From Schmidtea nova (taxonomy: Eukaryota), in contig CM097882.1 in NCBI GenBank assembly GCA_044892505.1, positions 449,624,001 to 449,688,000 of the forward strand: DNA of 64,000 nucleotides, given 5' to 3'. A model generated the notes under the pieces. It searched no databases and was not told the origin of the DNA. It was given only the letters and a program-made list of their open reading frames with translations. A program made the translations under genes and the position numbers. Shown here one piece after another: positions 51,363 through 64,000 of this stretch (its first letter is position 1; each line of letters opens with the position of its first letter).

Positions 51363-53257
51363 GTAAGTGTCTAAATTGAAAAAAATTTTAATTAATCATC
51401 ATCAATTAATTAAAGATGGTAAAGACGTTTTAATCTCTTTTTTAATTCCAATCAATATAATACTGGAATAATGTTGGTTGGAATAGTCAATGAGCTCCAC
51501 AAATTGTATATTAAAGATATCGACTTAGATTCTTCGAAAAGATTTGTATATCCAATCATAGGTCTTATAGAAAATTTTAGGATATGTTTTGTTCAATTTA
51601 ACTAAGAAATTAGCAAGCTATTAGTAATGAGGTTGTTGAAAAAACATGTTTTTGTAAAACCAATAACATGAGTTTAGTTTCTAAGTGAAAGATAAAAGAT
51701 AGTGTTATTGTTGGACAATGTTCTGCTAAACTTTAAATTCCACAAGTGTACCAAGGAAAATTTCAATGGCATTATTTAGCAGACACAGTCATCACATTAA
51801 TCAATAATAATTAAAAGTTAACAGCCAAAAAACGAATGTTATTTAAATCTAAATCAATCCAAATTATATATTTTAAATCAATGTATAATTAAAAAATTTT
51901 AAAAATGTTTAATAAGGAAAGGCGCAAAATTATCGCCATCATGCTGAAAATGTGACTGCGACATAAGATTTATAGCTTATTTTGAAGGTATCGGAAATAA
52001 ATGACAACATATGTAAGTAGAATTTATATTGAATGTACAAATGTCTGCTATAAATATATCGAATACATAAGGATTTATACATTTTATTCCTTTTAAAGAA
52101 TGAGCTATGAACATTTTTTTTCAATCTTCTGTTTTTTAAAACTTTCACGGTATTTCTAAAATTAAAATTTTTAGAATTAAACTTTGGTATTATTAGAGTA
52201 GTAGGATTAGAATATTATTAGATAAAAATGATAATTAAATTAAAAGAATTGTTAAGTACTTTTAAGTGCGCTGCGAAAATCTTAATATAATTATAATTCT
52301 GTTGCAAGCCAAAACAATGTTGTGAATCACTGGTTTAAACATAAGGATTTTAATTTAATTTCGCAGCTACTTTCAAGCGTTTTTACAAAAAAAATTAATA
52401 TCAAGGAAAAATAATTTTCAACGTGGCTGAGGATGAAAAATGCAAGGTTCTTGAAATTTTTCTTATTTTAGTATTGTATAATCATTTTAGCTGTTTGCTT
52501 GTCACGAGTAAAGAAAAATAGCTTTTTATGTTTAGAATAATTTAAATGTAAGTAATGTTGACGGCAAGGGATATAAAAGTTGATTCTAAATTGCTAGTTT
52601 ACTGGGAAAATACTGGAATATAAAAATTTTGAGGGCAGCTCATGAATGAAATTACTAGCACTAAGTGACAACAAAAAGTGGTTAACGTTTCTGAAGAAGG
52701 GATGAAGAAAGTAGTGAGGAAGAGTTCAGTGCAATTTCTGATGTCACATTAGTGATTTGAAATAAATCATTTGAAAACTAAAAAAATAATTCATGATATT
52801 AATTGCAACCTGAATTAGCTTTTACAAAATTATTTATATAAGATAAATAAAAGGTTTATATTATACACATTTTTAAATAGAAAAAATTATCAACAGTGCA
52901 ATTTTTCATTTAATTTGTTTATTTGAATTATTGTTTATATGCGAAGAATTGCTAAGTTTTAAATTAATAATTTCTAAAAATGAAAACAATTTTTACAAAA
53001 ATAGATGCTTGTCTAAATTGCGTGTAAATACTGTGAACAATTCTATCGTGACTGAACAAATAATCATCGATAACAAAATTTTATTGGAAAGAAAATATAT
53101 TGGTGCTGCGTTTTCCTTCTGTTGTTCGAACTTGAATTGTATTGCTTTTCGAATTTGTGCCAGTGCGTTTTTTGTTGATTCTAAATTTAAATTCTGCTGG
53201 TTTTCTTTGATTATTTAAACAACTCTGGTTGTTTGTTATATATAAGCATATTTTTAA

Positions 53258-53319
<62 letters not shown>

Positions 53320-53726
53320 TTAATATATTACAATATAAAGATAAATATGACGGAGGCACTACAAATTCCATTTGCTTTTTCTAAATTAGATTCTTTTACT
53401 AAAATTTTTAAGAATCTCAACTTTTATATTGAAAATATTATCGGCGAAGTGAAATGAATTTACGTTCGTCTACATACTGATTCGGAGATAGAAATAAATA
53501 AACAATTTATTTTTACAATGAATTTTACTATTGGCTGCTCTATTACTGTTCTAATGGTAAAGTAAATTATTTTATTCTGACTTTATTCATTTGGTATGTA
53601 AGTAGTTTAATAATAACAGTAATCGCTCGATATAATCGCACAAATTTGTAATATTCTCAGTTTATTAATTAATTTTTTAATTAATTAAAATTTTCTTATA
53701 ACGAATTTCTCACAATTAAAAGGATA

Positions 53727-54385
53727 CAGTCCTCCCCGCTTATAAGGAACTCGGTTATAAGGGAATTTCTTTTATAAGGAAGAGTAAAAAATACAAGCAT
53801 AATTTAATTATATAGAATTAATCAGAACAACATTACCATAATAATATTATAATTATAAAAAGTAAATTAATAATATGAGATGGTTCAATATTTTCTATTT
53901 TATTGTCTTGCGACATTTTTTCTTTGGATTTATAAGTTCTTTAATATTTTTATCGCCTATAAGAAAATTATTATTATCATCATTCTAATTCAGCATGATT
54001 TATTTAAGTTAGTAAATGCATATAAAGGATGGAAACTAAAAAAAGGAGTATATTAAAGCAGACTACAAAACAGTATTCGATGAAATATGGCTTGAAAATA
54101 GTTTAAGTTTGACTCAAGACGAAAACACAATTATGAAAGACTCTCATAAAGAAAAAATTGGGTTGCTAAAGGTGGAATTGATAAACCTGAAAAATGAATT
54201 CTATATTGTGGCACCGGAAATAGCTCAGATCCTGAAAATGCATGTAATGAAGAGATAAATAAATAAATGGTTTTATAAGTTCAATCCGTTTTCTTATTTT
54301 CATTTTTAATCGGCTATAGGGGAAGTTTCTAATAAAAGGGGAAATTTTATGGATCCTAAAATTCCCTTATAAGCGGGGAACACTC
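53727..54385. mobile_element. pogo-type MITE
   Basis: TA-CAGTCCTCCCCGCTTATAAGG ... CTTATAAGCGGGGAACACTC-TA. Confidence 0.6.
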
Positions 54386-54815
54386 TACTTATATCTAATG
54401 TGATTATTTCAAGTGATCCCTGTATTAATTTACTTTTTCTATAATAAATATTAATTTAATTATTTTATGTTCTTTTATGTTGACTTAAATTACAGATTGA
54501 ATATTTTCTATAATATTTGTGTATTGGTTTTATTCAATATAGACAAATAATTTTGAATGTTTTATATTAAATTTTATTCTTTTAATGAAAAATATAAAAG
54601 CAATTGATATCCTATTATGTCATATTTTTATTATTTTTCACNNNNNNNNNNNNNNNNNNNNNNNNNNNNNNNNNNNNNNNNNNNNNNNNNNNNNNNNNNN
54701 NNNNNNNNNNNNNNNNNNNNNNNNNNNNNNNNNNNNNNNNNNNNNNNNNNNNNNNNNNNNNNNNNNNNNNNNNNNNNNNNNNNNNNCAAGTGCATATTAA
54801 TCAGTATATTATTAG

Positions 54816-54978
54816 GAAAATCGGCAGGTGTTTGTTCGGGTTAATGGAGAAGCTAAGGGACCTTTGAGTTACAAAATTATAGAAAAAAATGTTCCCAATT
54901 TTTTTAAATTAGTCAACTTATTAGGTAGAGTAACGGTCTATGTAAATGGAACTAAACTAGGTCATATCGTTTTAAAAG
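54816..54978 (+). CDS. Neurexin-like protein exon, fourth LamG
   Basis: ENRQVFVRVNG...GRVTVYVNG; 44-nt intron follows. Confidence 0.75.
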
Positions 54979-55022
54979 GTAAATTTGAAATTGTTAAAGA
55001 TTTATTTTAAAATACATTTCAG

Positions 55023-55118
55023 AACCTATTCTAATGAAAAACAATTCCATTCAAATTTCAAAGGTTATAGTTGGAGCTAATAGAAATATGGATGAAACGA
55101 TAAAAGGATCTCTTGCAG
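55023..55118 (+). CDS. Neurexin-like protein exon, fourth LamG
   Basis: EPILMKNNSIQISKVIVG...IKGSLAG, resembling LamG 'IxIG...FxGxxxG'. Confidence 0.75.
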
Positions 55119-58100
55119 GTACTAAGTTCTAAATTTATATTAATATTTATACTTAACCTCGCTAATAACTAACGTCAAAAACAGTCGATTAACTATTCTG
55201 ACTTCTCATTATGATATTCGATTTTTAGCAGACTTGTTATAGCAGTAGAATATTGCTCAAACTTTTTATATTGACAGCGGATTTTATTGTCATTTAGTAA
55301 GTGTTTGCTTCAGTTAGTCAATGTTTTAGGAAGCAGATTATGATTTTAATTTTCTTTAAACATGCTTTTGTGCTCTGCAGTTTTTTACTGAATCTGTAAT
55401 AGTTGTTGCTGGGTTATTCATTTTTGGGTTATTAACAAATAGTCGGTTAATATCTGACGCCTGTGTCCTTTCGTTGACAACAATGAAGAAAGCTCAACAC
55501 AATAATCTTTATTTTCAAATTTGTCAATATACACAAGTTTGGTTCTGCACTCTTCTAGCGTTGGAGTAGGTGTCCCAATGGGAAATCTCCCTTTCTGGTA
55601 TGCAAGAAAAATTGGATTGCTTCTGTATCAAATTTTATTTCAGTTTAAACTTTTTCTTTACCTTTGAATCTGATTATGTGCTTCGACCACACTGCAAATA
55701 TCGACAAATGGCCCTCTGTTTATATAGTGACTTTGTCACTTCATCCTGTCGCGCTGTAATTTAATCTGTCAATTCTAAACAAAGATAATTAAATTGTTTT
55801 GACTTCCTTACCACTGGAGTTTGCTGCTAAATTTTCAATCAATTTTGGATTTGCGGCTTTTCCCGGGGCATCCTTCAATCATCCAATTTATTTGGATAAT
55901 TAAATGATTTTGTCGATGCCCCGTGTTTTCCACATAGCTCAGGTCTCCCATTAGCTCGTGTTTCCCATTAAGTAATTAATTATTTTAATTAGTTTGTTTT
56001 TCCTTAATATTTCCTTTCGGGGTTCTTTTTAAATTTTATATAACCATATTTGAATTCGTCTCATTATTTGACATCCTCCCATACAAGTTATCTTTATTTT
56101 GAATTTTTCTAAATTTTTAATTAATTTTTGTACTTTAATTATTATCTTTTTTAATTTCCATCCTTTTATTGATTTGCACATAGTTTTTGTGCGTTTTCTT
56201 TTATTTAGTGCCTGGTCAGGCAAACCCTAGCAGTATTTTTATATAGCAAGTAAAGTAGAATATTTTGAGGGTCTGAAAAAGGTTTGCTATCGTGTTTGCA
56301 AGTTAGAATAAGCCTTTCAAAACCAAGACTTATTTACTGATCTCTTCTAGTGATATTCTTGAATTCAACAAGAAGAATTTGTGACAAACAGTTTTGGTTA
56401 TGGAGCCCATTGGTTTGTAAAAAACTTCCCACGTTAGCAATATGGTAGTAAAGATAAGGAGCTATGAGTATGTACATAATCAATTAAAATCATTTTCGAG
56501 TAAAGAATAATGGTACTTTCCGGTTATCTCGACCTCATCAAAAAATAAACCATTTCAATTTTAAAAATCTTTTTAAACCAANNNNNNNNNNNNNNNNNNN
56601 NNNNNNNNNNNNNNNNNNNNNNNNNNNNNNNNNNNNNNNNNNNNNNNNNNNNNNNNNNNNNNNNNNNNNNNNNNNNNNNNNNNNNNNNNNNNNNNNNNNN
56701 NNNNNNNNNNNNNNNNNNNNNNNNNNNNNNNNNNNNNNNNNNNNNNNNNNNNNNNNNNNNNNNNNNNNNNNNNNNNNNNNNNNNNNNNNNNNNNNNNNNN
56801 NNNNNNNNNNNNNNNNNNNNNNNNNNNNNNNNNNNNNNNNNNNNNNNNNNNNNNNNNNNNNNNNNNNNNNNNNNNNNNNNNNNNNNNNNNNNNNNNNNNN
56901 NNNNNNNNNNNNNNNNNNNNNNNNNNNNNNNNNNNNNNNNNNNNNNNNNNNNNNNNNNNNNNNNNNNNNNNNNNNNNNNNNNNNNNNNNNNNNNNNNNNN
57001 NNNNNNNNNNNNNNNNNNNNNNNNNNNNNNNNNNNNNNNNNNNNNNNNNNNNNNNNNNNNNNNNNNNNNNNNNNNNNNNNNNNNNNNNNNNNNNNNNNNN
57101 NNNNNNNNNNNNNNNNNNNNNNNNNNNNNNNNNNNNNNNNNNNNNNNNNNNNNNNNNNNNNNNNNNNNNNNNNNNNNNNNNNTAAAGGCTGTGACCAAAA
57201 TATTGTGTACTTGTTTAAAGAAATTTTGATCTATAGTTATCCATTATGGGAATTATTGATATTAATATTGAAAAAAGATCAAAGGTGAAACAAAAGGATA
57301 ATATGATAAATAAGTAAATAAAATCTTAACTCATAAAAGGTTGCATGCACCAAAATAGTAGAAATATAAACCGCATTTCGTAAGACTGTCACGATCGAAA
57401 AACAATAAAAAATAGACATTTCATAAGAGAGAACGCAGTTTGGTTACAGGTCGAATTTGTTAAGAAGGACCATAAGCAAATCATGGAAAAAATCAAAGAA
57501 AGAGAAGTAAAAATTAAATTATATCCGATTGTTTGAATCAGTCAATTTTTTTAATCCAGTCAAATCAGATTTTTTAATTAGTAAATTACTATTGATTAGA
57601 AAGATTAAATAAATTGGAGAAAGTTTCTGGAGACAAATTTAAAGAATAGGAATTGTTGTAGAAGAAATTAATAAAACAATTTATTGAATCAAAATACAGT
57701 TGAATTATTGGAATAAACGGGGAGATAAATGTGAAATCAAAGGGAAATTAAAAAAATTAAAATTAGACGTAGAAAAACAAGAAACAATCGAATAAGAAAG
57801 GAGCTGAAGTCTATTGAGTAAATAACCCAAGTCAAATCCTGAAAACAAACAGATCCATTTTCCAATTATTGAATCAGAGACAGTAGTGAGTGATAGTTAA
57901 TTTAAGGTGTTGTACAAAATAGTGGTATCCTTCACAAAGTGTCTTAATTAGCACTGTATAACAGCCGGTGATGATACTAAATTAGTACTATACTTTTAAG
58001 TTGTGTAACCATCTCTAATAATCAATAAATGTTTATATTGTTGAAAAATTGTAATTTTGTTGGTTAAAAAAAGTACGTTTCAAGCTAGGTAATTAATTAG

Positions 58101-58311
58101 TTATTTTATAATTCACCAATCACCCAACAATAATATCTTACTTCATCGACATTTTATACTAGTTGCAGGTGTTTTGCTATATTCAAATAAATTACTACGA
58201 CTTATTTTCATTTAACTAAAGTGGGATAGAATCCCAACTTAATAAAGCCAGAGGAAACGGAAAAAAGTCTCAAGGGTGGAAAACATATCGAATATTTACA
58301 AACAAATCATA

Positions 58312-60202
58312 CACTTGATAAAGGATATGCCAAAGCTCGTGTTAAATATAATTTGAAAATAAATTATGCTAAATGTATTTAAATAAATTGTTAAAAATTT
58401 TAAATTTTTAAATTAAATTTATACAATATCAATTTTTTTAATTCAATAATTAATTTTTGGTATTGTTGGTGTATGGGTAGTTAAAAATTACGCCCATAAT
58501 TACTCTTTACTTTCAAAGGTCCTCTTAAACTTGTCAACTCGTGACTTTCTATAATATCGCTTTATGATATTTAACATCTACGTCTATTTAATCCCAAAAA
58601 TATTTGAATACAAGCCCTTTATTTCCTTTACCCTAACCAAACTGTAATTTAATATGATGATGGTCAGAAGACTCGAGCCGACCATTCGGTTTAAACGCTT
58701 CCACTGATCAGGAACTGGTTAAAGTAATGATTTTCTGAGGCTTATTTATACTATTTTTGTGTCCCGCCTACGCATTTTGCTTGTTAAATATAAATATTTA
58801 TATATTTATTTTAATATTTAAATTATTTATTTTTCAATAAATTTAGTTTTACAATTATTATAATTGTTGGGTTATTATCCTGGTTAAGATCGGTTTACTG
58901 ACCTGACTCCTCGTGCTCTTTAATGATCGAAATCAATGAACCCAACATAGAACAAATTTTTATTCACGATCAACACAAATTACAATCTTTGTTATACACA
59001 CTTTTGATTAATTTACGCTTTCTTTTGGATTCGGATTTGACTCTTTAGTTAACAGGATACTTTCTTACTTTGTCTGTTTAATTTCTTCAGGATCTTTCTT
59101 TATTTGTTTTTGAATCTTTTTAATATTCTCCCTTTTATAACTATCAACTCGTCGGCCCCGTCATCTGTTTTGCGCTGCCTTTTATAGTTCTCGCAAATAG
59201 CAATTAGGTTTAATCGATATCTAAAAGTTAACCAATCTCGGGTTTAATTGTTTTGCTAACAAATAATTTTAATTACCCTCGGATGGATTTTTCCTAATTG
59301 CCCCGACTTTGATCTCTCGGGTCTCTTTGCGCTCGGGCTTCCCATTGTCTCGGGTTTCCCATTGAGCGATTAATTAATTTTAATTAGTTTGTTTTTATTA
59401 AATAACTTTTTCTAGGGACCCCTTATTAAATTTCTATTATTATTTTTGGGTTCGTCTTTTGATTTGGTATTCAACCATACCCATTTCCCCCAGTGAATAT
59501 TAATTTTACATTTTTGATAAATTTTAATTAATTTTTGCATTTTAATTTATTTTGCTATTTCTTGTTACTTTTGTGATTTTTACACTAACCCCAACATAAT
59601 TCATTTTCTTAATATTTATTTCCAATTCTAATAATTACGTGTTTGTCGAATATGAGACTATTTGTCAAGCTAAATTGATTAAATAATGAACATTTTTATT
59701 TTTGTCCCTATTTTTTCTATTTTAACAATATTTTAATAGAGATTTTTTCCATATTTTTAAATAAATTATTCTCTTTATGTTAATATCAGCTTTTCTTTGA
59801 TCACGCTTTTAACTAGCAATGACTTTCCCAATTCAATTCTCATGCGGTCTTACGTATGTAAGTTTGACTTGCACTCAAATAGTGTGCTCTCTTTTGAAAT
59901 GCCTATTTTATTCGTTTTATCCCTACCCTTATGAAATACAGTTCATATGCATACTATTTGTCCTTATATATGTTTCAATATTCAATATTAGTTTATGCTA
60001 TTTGTCAGCTTAATGTTCATATGTGTTATCGTGATGTCTTGAATTCGCCTCTTTGTGAGTATTTAATTTTCAACGTATTAAAACCAATATTTTATTTAAT
60101 TTCTACCAGCCCAACAATATCAAAATTCCATAGTAATTTTTGTAATCGAAGTTATTTTTGGTTGTTAGGTACACGATATTTCTGCACAGCTTTTATCAAG
60201 TG
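58312..60202. mobile_element. Degenerate element bounded by CACTTGATAAAGG / CTTTTATCAAGTG ends
   Basis: Inverted copies of the family end seen at 26363 and 41429; interior contains other repeats. Confidence 0.4.
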
Positions 60203-60700
60203 TCAAATTTAAATTTCATTAAAATCTTTTTTATCATTTTTTAAATATTTACATTATTAAGGCAATATATCAAAAAAAATCTAAACAACATGCATTTTTG
60301 TCAAAAATTGATCCATTTTCTTAAAAACAAAAATATGTCATTTTAATGTTAAATTTACATAATTTGCAAAAACTTTTAAAATTATTTATTTAAACTGTAC
60401 AAAAATAAAATTGTTTTAATAATATGTTTATTTCGAATTCATTATATTTAAAAATTGTTAACTTAGTTTATTTCATAAGCATGGGTTTTGCATTAAGCAA
60501 CAATATTAAAATATTTATTGTTGCCAGTACCTAAACCAATATTAACAGAAAACTTTAGACAAAGTATTTTAAAATTATACTTTGTAAAGGCCTTTCTTAC
60601 ATTTAAATTAAAATTAGGTCTATTTTTTTGCCTATACATTTTTATATTAACGACAAATGAAAAAATAAGCCTATTGCTAAAAGTAATTGTTAAAACTTAG

Positions 60701-60883
60701 ATTTCCGATACAATGAAATAAACTTGGTTTCACCAAATGCGACATTGCACTCAAAAGCCAAAGCAGTACCTAACGTTAAACTTGAAAAGTGGAAGATCAG
60801 TGGTAGATTAATGCCCGATATAAAAACAATAAGAAAAGGTACTCATGGTGGTGTTGTGTTTTCGTCAACAAAATTTACAATTG
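60701..60883 (+). CDS. Neurexin-like protein exon, end of fourth LamG / stalk
   Basis: DFRYNEINLV...; phase 1/1; 43-nt intron follows. Confidence 0.75.
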
Positions 60884-60926
60884 GTAAAAACGAAAAGAAA
60901 TTTACAAACGTTTTATGTTGAATTAG

Positions 60927-61153
60927 ATGATGGTTTTGGCGCTGGTGATATTGTTTCAATTTCAAACGGTCCAATAGTTCTTGGTGCTGGCTTATTAGGC
61001 ACATCGACTGTTGGTTTTGATCCATTTATCCTAGGTATAATTCTAGCAATACTTCTATTGATTATGGCTTTGATCTGGGCATTGACAAATTTAATATTTT
61101 ACCGAAGTCACGCTTCAGGTTATTTTAATTACCATCTTATATTAAAAATATAA
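60927..61153 (+). CDS. Neurexin-like protein exon with transmembrane helix (3' end uncertain; alternative donor at 61119)
   Basis: FILGIILAILLLIMALIWAL hydrophobic stretch followed by FYRSHASG. Confidence 0.8.
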
Positions 61154-61722
61154 ATATTAAATCCCCATTATTGTGATTTATCAAAAGTTTTGTAATATTT
61201 ACATCTACTTATATTTACTAAATTTAATTATTGTATTTGTTTAGTCGATTCAAATTTTACCGCCATTTTATTTTAAATTGTTAAACCGTCAACATGGCCG
61301 GTCGACTGCGTACTATGCAAATTAATATATAGTTAATCCCGCATATTTAATTCATAAATTGTAGTTGAGCAATGACGATTAATGACTGTTATCATTGGTA
61401 CACGTACTCAATGTACCTACCGAAAAAATATCCGTGTTTATTCATTTTGTACCAGAAGCCATCTACTGCTAAGCGAGATAATCTCATATACTGTGACTAT
61501 GGTGTGTGATATAACTCGACATGAAACTCGAGTCTAGCAAAACCATAAATTGGTTGATTGGTTTAACTTCTTGCGTTTGGACGATATATGCATCCGATAT
61601 TGGTGGATTCGACATAAATGGAGATCATCACTCGTTGAAATCCACGAGAGTTAATATTTCCATAGAAAGTATCAGGGGGACTTGGCAGGATGGAGTTTGG
61701 TAGCGTTTAGAGAATCATTGGG

Positions 61723-62422
61723 GAATGCTTTCTGATAGAGGTACCAGACAGATCCACTGCTACCCTGGAACCACTAATACTTTACATATATTATGAGTGA
61801 TGGTTGGGCTGTGTACATACACGTCTAAGGGTTATGCATTTAGTTCTACATGACTAACATTTCGTTTATCCGAAAAATTCGGATGTACACACTCAAATTA
61901 TAGGAAATCTATGGATACCGGTTAAACACAAAATTTAACGTTTAATTTTAATTTGGCATAGAAATAGAACTTTTAGAAAAAGAACCTTTAAAATAGAACC
62001 TTTAAAAGATATGTTGATAAATAAACTTAAATGATATTCATTTAAAAAAAATGGCTAACAAAATAATTAAAAAATAGAACAAATTTACACACCTAATTGT
62101 ATTATAGTTACTTTTAAACTACAAAACAGGCGTAGTTTCATAGATAAGTACATAAAAGTTAATGACTGTTTTAAATATTGATTTTTGAATGCTTTCTGAT
62201 AGAGGTACCAGACAGATCCACTGCTACCCTGGAACCACTAATACTTTACATATATTATGAGTGATGGTTGGGCTGTGTACATACACGTCTAAGGGTTATG
62301 CATTTAGTTCTACATGACTAACATTTCGTTTATCCGAAAAATTCGGATGTACACACGCAAATTATAGGAAATCTATGGATACCGGTTAAACACAAAATTT
62401 AATGTTTAATTTTAATTTGGCA
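61723..62422. repeat. Two near-identical 236-bp direct repeats (61723-61958, 62187-62422)
   Basis: GAATGCTTTCTGATAGAGG...TTTAATTTGGCA repeated with period 464. Confidence 0.85.
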
Positions 62423-63366
62423 CAAGTTCTGCGCTCTTCGGTTCTTATCTTCATGAGTTTGAATTTTGCTGTGAAACCGAAGGACGTACTTGCACACATT
62501 TTGCCTGTTTTGGCTGAACTTTACGTCCTTTGAACCATAATGATGACAAAAACTGCAATATTGGCATTAAAATATTAGTTGATGTTTTGCTTTGTATTTC
62601 AACATTTGAAATTTAATTGACGTATAACTTTGAAGGTTAACAATAATTGACATTTAGTTGTCTTTAAATAATAAAATACTCCTACTTTTATATTACTTTC
62701 CTATTTAGATTTAAAAAAAGGTGATATGGATCTGCATTTTGTGAAAGTTAGGTCGACAATCTTACGCTAAATGTTCAAGATTAGAAATTCAGACTAAGCG
62801 TTTCGGCATTTATCTGACTCGACAACAATATATAATTTCAAAAAACAGCAAATATATTAATTTTATGAATGCTTAAGTCAAAATAAAAATACTAAATAAT
62901 GATAAAGTTTTTAATATTAGACTACTAGTAAAGTATCCTCATAGATTAGTAGTCTGTACATTTATGTCATCAGTGACTGATTGTCTAGCATTAAAACGGT
63001 ATTTGACCTGAACACGTACGATAAGTTAAACAATTATTAAAAAAAATTGACACTCGTATCGGCTCTACAATCGAATGCTCTCGTAATCGATACAATCGGG
63101 AAAAGTTCAATCATTCAAGCTTTTATGTGTACTACGACTATCAATTAAAACTAGTAATTAAAAATCCAAATGCTATTGAAGTCTTAATATTTCATTAAAA
63201 TCATTTTCTTGTTTTCGGTGATTGTTTTGATTTTGTCGAAATAAATAATGATATTTTACACCTGTTTTTCTACATTTAAAATATTTCCAAAAAACTTCAA
63301 AAAAATCATATTTTCCTACAAAGTAAATATAAAATCAAAATAATAGATAAACTTTCAAAGCTTCTA

Positions 63367-64000
63367 TAGAGGGCGCCTCAAACACGCGGCCCGCGAAGAC
63401 TTTAATAAATTACCAGAAAAATTGAAGATGAAAACAGAAAGTTTCAAGACAAGTGGGAAGATATGTATTTTTTTATCGAAACAAAGGACCGAATTGTGTG
63501 TCTTATTTGTCATCAAACAATTGCGATAGCAAAATAGTTCAATCTTAGTCGCCACTATAACACACTTTATGGCAACAAATTCAACAAATTCCATAGAAAA
63601 TTAAGATAAGAGAAAATTATTCAGTTAAAATCATCATTTGAAAACAAACAAGTTTTTTCTCCAAGTGCAATAAAGTCAGTGAAGATTCTGTCAAAGCAAG
63701 CTATGTTCTCTGTGAAATGATAGCAAAAGCATCCAAACCTTTTACAGAAGGACTTTTTGTCAAGGAATGTATGGTACAAGCCTGCGAAATAATGTGCCCT
63801 GAAACGAAGAAAGTGTTTGAGGGAATAAGTCTATCTGCTAATACAGTTTCTGCTCTAATTTCTGAGTTAGCAGATGACACAAAAAACAACTTGTCAATAT
63901 CGCTAAAACTTTTGAAGCATATTCCATAGCTATTGATGAGAGCACAGACACTGCTGATACAGCCCAATGTGCAGTCTTCATTAGAGGTGTTGACAAACAT
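63367..64000 (+). pseudogene. hAT (Charlie/SPIN, GTF2IRD2-like) element left end and degenerate transposase, cut by window end
   Basis: End motif AGGGCGCCTCAAACACGCGGCCCGCG; CLICHQ..FNLSRHY, KPFTEGLFVKEC, SIAIDESTD; stops and frameshift. Confidence 0.85.

Noticed and set aside
29445-57198. ORF-track entries made mostly of X (e.g. 29445-29873, 31072-31497, 40198-41498, 54585-54867, 56524-57198)
   Set aside because: Artefacts of translating through N gaps.

Overview
Very AT-rich animal genomic DNA with eight N-gaps and very short spliceosomal introns (43-53 nt). The taxon cannot be determined from the sequence; an orthonectid-like compact genome is only a guess. One host gene runs across almost the whole window on the + strand. 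I traced 14 phase-compatible exons (4363-61153, about 1,260 codons, 5' end not found) encoding a neurexin-like single-pass membrane protein: LamG-LamG-9xEGF-LamG-EGF-LamG-TM. Its large introns are packed with mobile elements: Tc1/mariner, pogo/Tigger, hAT/hATm, piggyBac-type MITE, Helitron, Gypsy and Penelope. The standout is a 14,139-bp Polinton/Maverick-type insertion (7026-21164; AG...CT termini; 6-bp TSD GTTGAT) that is one giant palindrome. Two ~7-kb near-identical inverted arms surround a ~98-bp spacer. Each arm carries only a spliced protein-primed DNA polymerase B gene and a subterminal ~47-bp tandem array; I found no integrase, capsid, ATPase or protease. Also notable are a 309-bp hairpin element with a hammerhead ribozyme on each strand (43592-43900) and a hammerhead downstream of the Penelope ORF.
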